From Chloroflexota bacterium (lineage in GTDB: Bacteria > Chloroflexota > Dehalococcoidia > Lucifugimonadales > UBA3495), in contig JAQBXL010000002.1 of the NCBI GenBank assembly GCA_027624135.1, positions 1 to 62,545 of the forward strand: DNA of 62,545 bases, read 5' to 3'. Positions 1-8,487 of the stretch are shown here, in pieces. The position numbers and the translations under genes are program-made. A model generated the notes under the pieces. That model was given only the letters and a program-made list of their open reading frames with translations. It had not been told where the DNA came from and made no database searches. Numbering within the stretch: the stretch's first letter is position 1; every line of letters begins with the position of its first letter.

Positions 1-148
1 GTAACCCTTCTGCTGAAGGGTGCCAACGAGGTCTTTCCTTATCTAGCCTAATTTAGGCGGTGGATCTGGGTTTGTGCAACGCAGGGAATAACGACCGTAT
101 CTGATACAATGATTCCACTGCCTCAACGGTCCACTTATCGATCGATAT

Positions 149-1531
149 ATGCATCATAGATTACCTTCTGTCCACCACCTCTTCGTCATCGTCGCGGTCC
201 TTGCCGTTATTCCCGTCCTCCTAGCCTGCTCCTCGTCGTCGGACTCCGATGATCGGAGCGATGATGGACTGAGGCTGGTCTGGGAAGCCTGGGAACAGAT
301 CGACCAAAGTTACGTAAGTTCGGGCTCGTTAGATGCAGACCTGTCCGTTTCTGGCGCCATGCGCCGGGTTCTGGGGTTGGTGGACGTAGATCCGTATCCA
401 TTCCTCACCGAGATTGGCCGGATGCGCGGGCAGCCCCCGTCCTATGTTCCCAGCGAATTGGTCAATCTATGGCGTGCGGTAGCCAAATATCAGGCGGCAA
501 ATCCGGACTTCGACACAGCAACGGTTGCTGAGGGTGCCATTGCAGGGCTTCTGGAAGGCTTGGGCGGTTCATCGGCGATATTCCTGACGGCCGAGCAATA
601 CCCCTTGGCCAAAGAGAATCTGGAAGAGAGCCAAGAAGGCACCTACCTGGGCATCGGCGCCAGTGTTGTCTCCCAGAACGGCCAGATCGTGATGTACCCG
701 TTCCCCAACTCGCCCGCTACGGGCGCAGGTATCGAATCGGGTGACATTCTTTTGTTAGTGGCGGGCGAATCGATTCTTGGGAAGGGAGTCCAGGAGGTGG
801 TTGCGCAGGTTGCGGGGCCGGAAGGGACCAAAGTAACCCTGGAGATTCTGCGGTTTGGAGAAACTGAACCGCTTGAGTTGGAAGTGTTTCGTGGTCCGGT
901 CGACCTGCCATCGGTGTCTAGCCAGCTCATCCCGGGCGGCGTCGCCTATATGCGGATCTCCCAGTTCCGCGACAACACAGGAGAGCAGGTGTTCAGCTCG
1001 TTGGAGGACCTGAACCGGTTCGACCTGCTGGCCCTCATCATAGATCTCAGGGCCAATCCCGGAGGCTCTTCGGAAACGGCGAAGGAGACGGCTGGGCAAT
1101 TTTTGCCTGACGGCGCAGTTTTTGGGTATCTTGAAGGCCAAGACGGAGAGCGCACTGAAGAGACGATAAGCCCAAATGAGAATCGTCTGAACCTGGACGA
1201 TCTGCTTATTGCGGTGCTGGTCAACGAGAATACGATCGGCGAAGCCGAAACACTGGCCGGGGCCTTGCAGGACTCTGGGCGCGCGACCCTGTTTGGAGTG
1301 CCGACATTCGGGGACGCGTCAGCCTACGATTTTGTGGAACTAAGCAATGGGGCGGCTATGTATCTTCCGGTGTCGCGTTGGTATACGCCCTCGGGAAATC
1401 TCCTGAGCGCTTCTGGATTGAAGCCTGATTTCGAAGTCTTATCCGAGCCTGAAACTGGCGGCTTTGGTGGCGAAAGCCAATTCAACCGTGCCTATGAATT
1501 TCTGGACGGTCAGTTGCCGCCATTCCGTTAG
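149..1531 (+). CDS. S41 (C-terminal processing / tail-specific) peptidase homologue with PDZ domain and lipoprotein-type signal; catalytic Ser/Lys dyad apparently substituted
   Basis: 460-aa ORF. N-terminal hydrophobic helix ends in LLAC-SSS (lipobox-like). PDZ-like GIGASV...GDILLLVAG. S41 signature IDLRANPGG. However, VLVNENTIGEAETLAGALQD and PTFGDAS stand where VNxGSASASE and TFGKG are expected. Confidence 0.8.
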   Translation: MHHRLPSVHHLFVIVAVLAVIPVLLACSSSSDSDDRSDDGLRLVWEAWEQIDQSYVSSGSLDADLSVSGAMRRVLGLVDVDPYPFLTEIGRMRGQPPSYVPSELVNLWRAVAKYQAANPDFDTATVAEGAIAGLLEGLGGSSAIFLTAEQYPLAKENLEESQEGTYLGIGASVVSQNGQIVMYPFPNSPATGAGIESGDILLLVAGESILGKGVQEVVAQVAGPEGTKVTLEILRFGETEPLELEVFRGPVDLPSVSSQLIPGGVAYMRISQFRDNTGEQVFSSLEDLNRFDLLALIIDLRANPGGSSETAKETAGQFLPDGAVFGYLEGQDGERTEETISPNENRLNLDDLLIAVLVNENTIGEAETLAGALQDSGRATLFGVPTFGDASAYDFVELSNGAAMYLPVSRWYTPSGNLLSASGLKPDFEVLSEPETGGFGGESQFNRAYEFLDGQLPPFR

Positions 1532-1554
1532 ATCCACAACCATGCCTGACTGAT

Positions 1555-1595
1555 AACTCAAAAGGCCTCTCCAATCTGAGGGGCCTTTTTGAGTT
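1555..1595. terminator. Bidirectional intrinsic terminator between convergent genes
   Basis: Near-perfect inverted repeat AACTCAAAAGGCC...GGCCTTTTTGAGTT with A/T runs on both sides. Confidence 0.6.
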
Positions 1596-1622
1596 ATGAC
1601 TATAGATCTGGCGAATTAGGCG

Positions 1623-1868
1623 TTAGGTCGGTAATTCAGGATCATCGTCTGCGTCACTTTGACATTGTAGGCATACGTAGGAACTGACATCGTCTGGGAT
1701 GCTGTCTGAGGCCACGTTTCGTTTGCGTTGGCATACTGAGCACACCACGGTCTCCGTGGCTACCGGCGCTGCCCGGGGGGTGACCACGGTGTCGTTACCG
1801 CGGAACCCAACGTATTCAGGATTAGCTCCCTGTAATCTCAGGAAGCGCTCCCGGTCTTTGCGGCCCAA
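1623..1868 (-). CDS. Small zinc-ribbon-like protein (two CxxC pairs), function unknown
   Basis: 81-aa ORF with a TTG start preceded by AGGAGG. Contains CSVC...CLQC and an acidic C-terminus. Lies directly downstream of rplL. Confidence 0.5.
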   Translation of the reverse strand: MGRKDRERFLRLQGANPEYVGFRGNDTVVTPRAAPVATETVVCSVCQRKRNVASDSIPDDVSSYVCLQCQSDADDDPELPT

Positions 1869-1902
1869 TCGTTCCTCCTAGCCGATGGCGCTGGGGAGGC
1901 GG

Positions 1903-2289
1903 TTACTTGATCTCGACCGCTGCCCCGGCCGCTTCTAGCTTGCCCTTGATCTCGTCGGCTTCTGCCTTGGGCACGCCTTGCTTGATGGCGGTGGGCGCGG
2001 CCTCCACCAACTCTTTGGCTTCGCGCAACCCGAGCGAAGTAACCTCACGCACGGCCTTAATGACGTTGATCTTGTTGGGGCCGATCTCTTTGAGGTTGAC
2101 GTCAAAATCTGACTTTTCTTCTTCGGCGGCTGCACCACCGTCGGTTGCTCCAGCGCCTGCTGGCGCTGCGGCAACGGCCACAGGGGCTGCGGCGCTGATG
2201 CCGAACTCTTCTTCCAGGGCCTTCACCATGTCGGCCAGGTCCATGACATTCATCTGTTTGATTGCTTCTAGAATCTCTTCCTTGCTCAA
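1903..2289 (-). CDS. rplL: 50S ribosomal protein L7/L12
   Basis: [29 protein letters not shown], an Ala/Pro hinge, and C-terminal [11 protein letters not shown]...[20 protein letters not shown] moved the start to TTG at 2289 (GGAGG 4 nt upstream). The ORF-track start at 2352 adds 21 non-conserved residues. Confidence 0.93.
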   Translation of the reverse strand: MSKEEILEAIKQMNVMDLADMVKALEEEFGISAAAPVAVAAAPAGAGATDGGAAAEEEKSDFDVNLKEIGPNKINVIKAVREVTSLGLREAKELVEAAPTAIKQGVPKAEADEIKGKLEAAGAAVEIK

Positions 2290-2382
2290 AACGCCTCCTC
2301 TATTTCCACCAGAGTTTATTTGGTCTTTTAGATATCGGTTAACGATTGCCAAGAATCACTTACGGGTTGATTCACAGCAGAT

Positions 2383-3213
2383 TTATTCCGATTCAGATTC
2401 CTCGTCGGCTTCTGCTTCATCTTCCGGATCATCGGCAGCCGGTTCTTCAGCGGCTGGCTCCGAATCGGCCTCCGGTTCAGCGGCCTCTTCAGGTCCTGCT
2501 GAGGGTTCCTCGTCTGCTGCGGCCTCATCAGAAGAAGTTTCAAGAGAAGCATCAGGAGAAGCTTCGTCCGTAGGGGGCGCTTCTTCTGATGCTTCTGCTT
2601 CTGCTTCTGCTTCTGCTGTTGCTGGGGGTTCACTGGAAGCTTCAGTAGTTGAGGCCTCGGCCTCAGGCTCTGGGGCTGGCGCCGGTCCAGCTTCTTCCAG
2701 TTGGCGCACCCGCCCTTGCAGTACGTTGTCAAGACTTTGCAACGGGCCATTCAGTATGGTCAACAGCTGGGCGATAGGCGCCTGCATCTGTCCCAGCAGC
2801 ATGGCAATCAGTTGATCTTTGGGTGGCAATGAGGCCAATCTGGTGACTTCATCGGTAAACATGGGAGTGCCGTCGCCCATGATTGCGCCCTGAATCGTCA
2901 GGGTTGATAGTCTGGTCCGGATGTAATCGGCTAAGGTCTTTGCGGCTTCGGCGGGGTCGCCGTACCCCACAGCAATCGCAGTTGGGCCATTGATGATTTC
3001 TTTTAACTGGGGTTTTTGGGCTTCATCGGCCGCCAGAGAAAGCAGGGTGTTCTTGACGACGGTGAAATCCACGCCGCCGCCCCGCATGGCACGGCGCAAT
3101 TCGGTCATCTCGTTAACTGAGATGCCAGCATAACTGGTTGTCATCGCGATAGTGCTGCGCTCCAGCCGATCCTTGATGTCCTTGACCCGGTCTCTTTTTT
3201 GCTGGGTGGGCAA
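2383..3213 (-). CDS. rplJ: 50S ribosomal protein L10 with a roughly 100-aa acidic low-complexity C-terminal extension
   Basis: L10 core KDRVKDIKDRLERS...VVKNTLL...GPTAIAVGYGDP. TTG start at 3213 preceded by GGAGG plus 6 nt. The tail from about residue 173 is E/A/P/S/D-rich. Confidence 0.9.
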   Translation of the reverse strand: MPTQQKRDRVKDIKDRLERSTIAMTTSYAGISVNEMTELRRAMRGGGVDFTVVKNTLLSLAADEAQKPQLKEIINGPTAIAVGYGDPAEAAKTLADYIRTRLSTLTIQGAIMGDGTPMFTDEVTRLASLPPKDQLIAMLLGQMQAPIAQLLTILNGPLQSLDNVLQGRVRQLEEAGPAPAPEPEAEASTTEASSEPPATAEAEAEAEASEEAPPTDEASPDASLETSSDEAAADEEPSAGPEEAAEPEADSEPAAEEPAADDPEDEAEADEESESE

Positions 3214-3425
3214 ATTAATCCTCCAAAATCTTTCGCCTATCTTTCGCCTCGATGCCAGGGCCAGGGGCATAAAAAATCCCTGCACCAAAGACACGCGGCA
3301 CAGGGAGTCAATCACTCCAAGTTTCTTTCCGTCGCGCCTGGGCGGGCGGCTTGCGCCTTTATCCCCTATGGGGACCCACTTTCTTTGGCGTATTACTTAT
3401 TAAGTTGTGAAACCGTGCTGTTAAT

Positions 3426-4145
3426 TTATTCCGGTGATTCGAGGGCCTGTAGGGCCGACAATGACAACGGGACGCTGGGCCCCATAGTCGATGTGATATA
3501 GGCCGACCGGAAGAATGACGCCCCTTTGATCTTATCAGGGCGATCCCGAATTATAGCACTTGCCAGGGCAGCCAGGTTGTCCACCAGTTGATCGGCTTCG
3601 AAGCTCACTTTGCCGACAGATGAGTGTATGATCGCGGCGCGGTCGGTCCGATACTCGGTACGGCCGCCCTTGGCTTCTTGGATCGCCCGGGGTAGGTCCT
3701 GGGGTTGGACCATGGTGCCGGAACGCGGATTGGGCATGAGGCCTTTGCGTCCCAGTATCCGTCCCAGTTTACCGATCTTGGGCATCACCTGGGGAGTGGC
3801 AAGTCCGATGTCAAATTCGGTCCAGCCGCCTTCTATCTTTTCGATGAGATCGTCTTCACCAACGAAGTCGGCTCCGGCGGCCCGGGCTGCATCCGCTCCT
3901 TCTGAGCCTGCGAAAACCACCACTCGGACGGTCTTGCCCAAGCCATGAGGCAGGCTGCAAACGCCGCGGATCATCTGGTCGGCGTGCCTGGGATCAACGT
4001 TAGTTCGGATGTGAAGCTCAACGGTCTCGTCGAACTTGGCGGTGGATACCTCTTTGAGGAGTTCCATCGCCTCTTTGGGCTCGTAACCCTTCTCCGGTTC
4101 CACCTTCTCAGCGAGGGTGTTAAATCGTCGACTGTGTTTAACCAT
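3426..4145 (-). CDS. rplA: 50S ribosomal protein L1
   Basis: 239 aa. Matches L1 over its full length (FDETVELHIRTNVDPRHADQMIRG...). Confidence 0.95.
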   Translation of the reverse strand: MVKHSRRFNTLAEKVEPEKGYEPKEAMELLKEVSTAKFDETVELHIRTNVDPRHADQMIRGVCSLPHGLGKTVRVVVFAGSEGADAARAAGADFVGEDDLIEKIEGGWTEFDIGLATPQVMPKIGKLGRILGRKGLMPNPRSGTMVQPQDLPRAIQEAKGGRTEYRTDRAAIIHSSVGKVSFEADQLVDNLAALASAIIRDRPDKIKGASFFRSAYITSTMGPSVPLSLSALQALESPE

Positions 4146-4150
4146 GAATC

Positions 4151-4576
4151 CTATTCTCCTACAGCTATGCCCATGCTGCGGGCGGTGCCTGCTATGATGG
4201 CCATCGCCTCATCGACGGTACCGGCGTTAAGGTCGGCCATCTTTGATTCAGCAATATCTCGGAGCTGTTTCCGGCTGATATTGCCAACGCCGCCCGAACG
4301 GGCTTCTGAAGCCCCTTTCTCTATTCCCGCCGCTTTGCGCAACATGTCCGAGGCGGGTGGAGTGCGGGTCACAAATGTGAAAGACCGATCTTCGTAGACG
4401 GTCAGATGCACGGGAATGATAGTGCCTGCTTGGTTGGCAGTTTTGGCGTTGTATTCCTTGACGAAGCCCATGATATTGACGCCGTGTTGACCAAGCGCCG
4501 GACCCACGGGAGGGGCTGGCGTTGCCTTCCCGGCTTGCAACTGCAATTTGATGATGGCTCTAACTTTCTTCGCCAA
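4151..4576 (-). CDS. rplK: 50S ribosomal protein L11
   Basis: 141 aa. [30 protein letters not shown] is the L11 signature. Confidence 0.96.
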   Translation of the reverse strand: MAKKVRAIIKLQLQAGKATPAPPVGPALGQHGVNIMGFVKEYNAKTANQAGTIIPVHLTVYEDRSFTFVTRTPPASDMLRKAAGIEKGASEARSGGVGNISRKQLRDIAESKMADLNAGTVDEAMAIIAGTARSMGIAVGE

Positions 4577-4664
4577 TGGGGGGGCTCCTTCGAATGCTCT
4601 CTTGGTTAATTACGGACTGAATCTTATACATCGAACCGTTCTGTGAACCGTTCTGTCAGTCCGC

Positions 4665-5243
4665 CTAGATACGTTCTACTTGAAGAAAATCCAACTCGAC
4701 GGGCGTATCGCGCCCGAAGAAGGATACCATAACTCGGACCTTGCCTTTGCCTTCGTCCACATCGTGGATTGAGCCGATGAAGTCTACGAATGGGCCTTCG
4801 GTGATGCGAACGGTCTCGCCGCGCTCCAGACCGATGGTCACGCGAGTGGCATCAGAGCCCACTTGTTTAAGTATGTCTTCAATCTGTTTGTCTTCCAGCG
4901 GAACCGGCTTTGGCCGCTTGTCGTGTTCGTCCTCGGTGGAGACAAACCCGGTGACGCCAGGGGTGTTCCGAACGGCGTACCAGCTTTCATCATCCATGGT
5001 CATCTGAACCAGGATATAACCGGGGAACAGTTTCTTACGTTCCGAGCGTCGCTCCCCGTCCTTGAAGACCACCTCTTCTTCTGTAGGGACCAAAACTTCG
5101 TTGATGCGGTCCTGCATATCCAGGCTTTGGATGCGCAGCCGAAGGTTCTTTTCCACCAGATCTTCTTGTCCAGAGTAAGTGTGGACGATATACCAACGAG
5201 GGTCTTGCGACTCTTGAGCTTCAGGTGTGTTTTGTGTCGTCAT
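4665..5243 (-). CDS. nusG: Transcription termination/antitermination factor NusG
   Basis: 192 aa. WYIVHTYSGQE NGN domain and a C-terminal KOW region (GETVRITEGPF). Sits in the conserved secE-nusG-rplK position. Confidence 0.93.
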   Translation of the reverse strand: MTTQNTPEAQESQDPRWYIVHTYSGQEDLVEKNLRLRIQSLDMQDRINEVLVPTEEEVVFKDGERRSERKKLFPGYILVQMTMDDESWYAVRNTPGVTGFVSTEDEHDKRPKPVPLEDKQIEDILKQVGSDATRVTIGLERGETVRITEGPFVDFIGSIHDVDEGKGKVRVMVSFFGRDTPVELDFLQVERI

Positions 5244-5345
5244 GATGCAATATCCGGTGCAGAGTCAAACAGAAAGGGGCGGCTCTGTGACGCGCCCCGT
5301 TTTACTCTGAAAGATGGACTCCTACGGATGAGTCCGGTGGTTTAT

Positions 5346-5582
5346 TTAGAAAATAACCCGGGTAAATAACTCGGAGAAAACACGGTCTAGTCCGCCCAAG
5401 AAGAATCCTGCGGCAATGGCCAAAACGATGACCACCATGGTCAGCCGCGCTGTTTCTTCCCGGCTGGGCCAGACTGACTTGCGCAATTCTCCGTAGGTCT
5501 CGATAAGGAAACCGACAGGATTGACGCGCCCGCCGCCAGCAGGGGCGACGGTTCTTTGACCACGCGTTGATGCTCTAGCCAT
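5346..5582 (-). CDS. secE: Preprotein translocase subunit SecE
   Basis: 78 aa with a single C-terminal TM helix. ELRKSVWPSREE motif. Synteny rpmG-secE-nusG. Confidence 0.85.
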   Translation of the reverse strand: MARASTRGQRTVAPAGGGRVNPVGFLIETYGELRKSVWPSREETARLTMVVIVLAIAAGFFLGGLDRVFSELFTRVIF

Positions 5583-5588
5583 CTGAAG

Positions 5589-5759
5589 TTACCTTACTTC
5601 GCGGTGGGTCTTGTGACCACGGCACCTAGAGCAGAACTTCCGCAGCTCGATCCGGTTCGGGTCGTTCCGGCGGTTTTTGTTTGTCGTGTAGTTGCGTTCC
5701 CGGCAATCACCGCACTGCAGGGTGATGATCTGCCGAACGTCGCCTGGCTTTCTGGCCAT
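5589..5759 (-). CDS. rpmG: 50S ribosomal protein L33
   Basis: Not in the ORF track because it is under 60 aa. My translation: [56 protein letters not shown] (56 aa, CxxC...CxxC). Confidence 0.9.
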   Translation of the reverse strand: MARKPGDVRQIITLQCGDCRERNYTTNKNRRNDPNRIELRKFCSRCRGHKTHREVR

Positions 5760-5762
5760 GAT

Positions 5763-6947
5763 TTATGACACCACCTTGGTGATTACTCCGGAACCCACGG
5801 TGCGTCCACCTTCGCGGATGGCGAAACGCATCTGTTCTTCGATCGGCACCGGGCTCATTAACTCAATTTCCATCTTCACGTTGTCCCCAGGCATAACCAT
5901 CTCGACGCCCTCGGGCAAAGTGCACTCGCCGGTGATGTCGCTGGTCCGGATGTAGAACTGGGGCTTGTAGCCGGAGAAGAACGGTGTATGGCGTCCGCCT
6001 TCCTCGCGGCTCAGGATGTAAACCTCGGCTTCAGCCTTGGTGTAGGGCTTCATCGATCCGGGAGCGACGAGGACCTGTCCGCGCTCGACTTCTTCCCGGT
6101 CTACGCCACGGAGCAGGATTCCTACTGCGTCTCCGGCTGTAGTTGTGTCTAGGTTCTTGTGGAACATCTCCAGGCCGGTGGCCACGGTTTCGCGAACATC
6201 GCCCCACCGGATGATTTCGACCGGTGTGCCAACGTTCAATGTGCCTCTCTCGACCCTGCCAGTTACAACGGTACCGCGGCCCTTGATCCCGAACACGTCT
6301 TCGATGGGCATCAGGAACGGCCGGTCAGTCACGCGCTCCGGGATGTCGATGTATTCATCCATGACATCAATGAGCTTCAGGACCTGTGCTACTGCATCCG
6401 GGTCGCCCTCCAGGGCCTTTAACCCGCTGACGCGGACGATCGGCGTGTCGTCGCCGGGGAAGCCGTAGCGGTTCAAGAGGTCGCGGACTTCAAGCTCCAC
6501 CAACTCCAAAAGTTCCTCGTCGTCCATCATGTCGCACTTGTTCAGCGCCACTACGATCTTGGGCACCTCAACCTGGCGGGCCAGAAGGATGTGTTCCCGG
6601 GTCTGAGGCATGGGGCCGTCGGGAGCGCTAACTACCAGCACAGCGCCATCCATCTGGGCGGCCCCGGTGATCATGTTCTTGATGTAGTCGGCGTGGCCAG
6701 GGCAGTCTACGTGAGCGTAGTGGCGGGTTTCCGACTCGTATTCCACGTGGGCGATGGCGATTGTCACGCCACGGGCTTTTTCTTCAGGGGCGTTGTCGAT
6801 GCTGTCCATGTCCAAGAAATGGGCCAGGCCTTTATCGGAAAGAACCTTGGTAATGGCTGAAGTCAAAGTGGTTTTGCCGTGATCCACGTGGCCAATCGTG
6901 CCTACATTCAAGTGGGGCTTTGACCGGTCAAATTTCTGTTTCGCCAT
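5763..6947 (-). CDS. tuf: Elongation factor Tu
   Basis: 394 aa. [18 protein letters not shown] and NKCD GTPase motifs. Confidence 0.98.
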   Translation of the reverse strand: MAKQKFDRSKPHLNVGTIGHVDHGKTTLTSAITKVLSDKGLAHFLDMDSIDNAPEEKARGVTIAIAHVEYESETRHYAHVDCPGHADYIKNMITGAAQMDGAVLVVSAPDGPMPQTREHILLARQVEVPKIVVALNKCDMMDDEELLELVELEVRDLLNRYGFPGDDTPIVRVSGLKALEGDPDAVAQVLKLIDVMDEYIDIPERVTDRPFLMPIEDVFGIKGRGTVVTGRVERGTLNVGTPVEIIRWGDVRETVATGLEMFHKNLDTTTAGDAVGILLRGVDREEVERGQVLVAPGSMKPYTKAEAEVYILSREEGGRHTPFFSGYKPQFYIRTSDITGECTLPEGVEMVMPGDNVKMEIELMSPVPIEEQMRFAIREGGRTVGSGVITKVVS

Positions 6948-7005
6948 TTCTAGATGTCCTCCCTACTACTCTTACTCGGGCCCTTATGTGTGGGCCGATT
7001 CTTGC

Positions 7006-7080
7006 TGGAGCCCAGTGGCGGAATTGAACCGCCGACCCCGTTCTTACCAAGAACGTGCTCTACCTCTGAGCTAACTGGGC
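7006..7080 (-). tRNA. tRNA-Thr (anticodon GGU), CCA encoded
   Basis: I folded the reverse complement by hand into a cloverleaf: acceptor GCCCAGT/ACTGGGC, anticodon stem CGTTC/GAACG, loop TTGGTAA, T-arm GGCGG-TTCAATT-CCGCC. Confidence 0.9.
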
Positions 7081-7164
7081 TGATTGCTAAATGGTTGCTA
7101 GTTTTTTATGCCGTTGCGTATTCGTGCTTTCGTTTTTTCGGGCATTGTCCGGAATATTCTAGGT

Positions 7165-7252
7165 TGGTGGAGGGGGCAGGATTCGAACCTGCGAAGCCCT
7201 TCCGGACGCCAGATTTACAGTCTGGTGGCTTTAACCACTCACCCACCCCTCC
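7165..7252 (-). tRNA. tRNA-Tyr (anticodon GUA), long variable arm, CCA encoded
   Basis: Acceptor GGAGGGG/CCCCTCC, anticodon loop CTGTAAA, long variable arm, T-arm GCAGG-TTCGAAT-CCTGC. Confidence 0.9.
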
Positions 7253-7373
7253 AGGCATATAAATCTTCGCACATCTAACGGTCTCGACGCAATCGAGGGA
7301 GACGATTAGATTCTCACCAGATCTGATCGAGATTGCTCCGCCAGAACCCATGCCAGCGAGACTGATTCTCAAG

Positions 7374-7445
7374 AGCCCCAGAGGGGATTCGAACCCCTAA
7401 CCTGTCAATTACAAATCGACTGCGCTACCATTGCGCCACCGGGGC
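7374..7445 (-). tRNA. tRNA-Thr (anticodon UGU), no encoded CCA
   Basis: Acceptor GCCCCGG/CTGGGGC, anticodon loop TTTGTAA, T-arm AGGGG-TTCGAAT-CCCCT. The order Thr-Tyr-Thr-tuf resembles E. coli thrU-tyrU-glyT-thrT-tufB. Confidence 0.9.
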
Positions 7446-7490
7446 ATCGATGACCCTGGCGACGGACTCAGCGAAAATCCGCCTGACACT

Positions 7491-7518
7491 AAAAAATAGC
7501 CCCTTCATGTGATGGGGC
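7491..7518 (-). terminator. Terminator-like hairpin plus U-tract between a consensus promoter and the tRNA cluster
   Basis: The minus strand reads GCCCC-ATCACATGAA-GGGGC-TA-TTTTTT. Confidence 0.4.
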
Positions 7519-7557
7519 CATTAGAGAGGGCCATTTCGTAACCAAGAATCTTACAGA

Positions 7558-7586
7558 ATTATATAAATTAGCCCTGGGAAAGTCAA
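7558..7586 (-). promoter_or_regulatory. Sigma-70-type promoter (TTGACT-N17-TATAAT) facing the tRNA-tuf block
   Basis: The reverse complement of 7581-7586 is TTGACT and of 7558-7563 is TATAAT. The spacer is exactly 17 nt. Confidence 0.55.
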
Positions 7587-7785
7587 TCAGATTTACGCCC
7601 CGGTTTACGAATTTCGGCGCGTTTGCCGCAGGCGCCAGCCGCCTTGACGGCGCCAGTGCCATAATCTACACTTCCAGGCACGGCCCAGTATGTTGCGACA
7701 CCTCCATTTTGCGCGAAAACTCCTGTGTGCGCGAAAACCCCCCAATTTCCAGTTTCGGTCAACGGGTGCGAGCAGTGCAAACCAT

Positions 7786-8298
7786 ATGGACTTAAGAGAA
7801 TACATCAGAGACGTGCCCGATTTTCCGGAACCGGGGATATTCTTCAAAGACATTACCCCCTTGTTGGGCGACGTTAAGGCCTTCGACTACGCGATCACTC
7901 AGTTGGCGAATCATTATCGGGACGCTGATTTCGATGTCATAGTTCCTGTCGAGTCTCGGGGATTCCTATTCGGCGCGCCCTTGGCCCAGGCATTGGGCAA
8001 GTCCATCGTGCCAGTTCGGAAGCCGGGCAAGCTGCCCTCAAAGACCTATTCTGCGGAATATACCCTGGAATACGGCACCAATACCTTGGAGATACACGTG
8101 GACGGGGTGGAGAATGGTCGGAAGGTCTTGATTATGGACGATCTTCTTGCCACCGGCGGTACCCTGGCCGCCGCCGCCCGGTTGGTGGAGAAGGCTGGAG
8201 GTACGGTCATTGGCGTAGGCGTAATCATCGAACTGACCTTTCTGGAAGGCCGAAAATTGCTGTCTGAGTACGATCTCTACTCGATGATTCAATATTGA
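7786..8298 (+). CDS. apt: Adenine phosphoribosyltransferase
   Basis: MDLREYIRDVPDFPEPGIFFKDITPLL and the PRPP motif VLIMDDLLATGGT. Start set at ATG 7786; the upstream part of the ORF-track call is not conserved. Confidence 0.92.
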   Translation: MDLREYIRDVPDFPEPGIFFKDITPLLGDVKAFDYAITQLANHYRDADFDVIVPVESRGFLFGAPLAQALGKSIVPVRKPGKLPSKTYSAEYTLEYGTNTLEIHVDGVENGRKVLIMDDLLATGGTLAAAARLVEKAGGTVIGVGVIIELTFLEGRKLLSEYDLYSMIQY

Positions 8299-8354
8299 TC
8301 GACATAACCGATACCCGATTGTTATCAGAGAGTCCCTCTCCCCTATAAGAGACA

Positions 8355-8402
8355 TTAGGTAATGGAAGTTAGGTAATGGAAGTTAGGTAAGGGAAGTTAG
8401 GA
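8355..8402. repeat. Tandem repeat, 14-nt unit TTAGGTAATGGAAG, about 3.4 copies
   Basis: Read directly: two perfect copies, one copy with a single mismatch, and a partial copy. Confidence 0.9.
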
Positions 8403-8487
8403 CGGGGCCTCGCCCTGCCGGCAATTTGTATGTGCCCAATTCAAATTCTATCGGACTGAACCTATCGCACTGAACAAGGAGTGATTC

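Noticed and set aside
1907-2815. Long antisense or overlapping ORFs. Examples: 1907..2815 (+), 13637..14608 (-), 35484..36218 (-), 52218..53045 (+), 58873..59961 (-) and 60419..60982 (-).
   Set aside because: Each lies opposite or out of frame to a strongly conserved gene (rplL/rplJ, nuoF-like, cca, nuoH, nuoN, TIGR00725). Their compositions are low-complexity, Arg/Pro/Gly-rich, which is typical of shadow ORFs in GC-rich DNA.
3214-3425. A 212-nt rplA-rplJ spacer and an 88-nt nusG-rplK spacer (4577-4664), considered as L10 and L1/L11 autoregulatory leaders.
   Set aside because: Plausible by position, but I could not fold a convincing conserved structure by eye. They are not reported as features.
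8355-8402. Tandem repeat considered as a CRISPR array.
   Set aside because: The units are only 14 nt and directly abutting, with no spacers. No cas genes are in the window.
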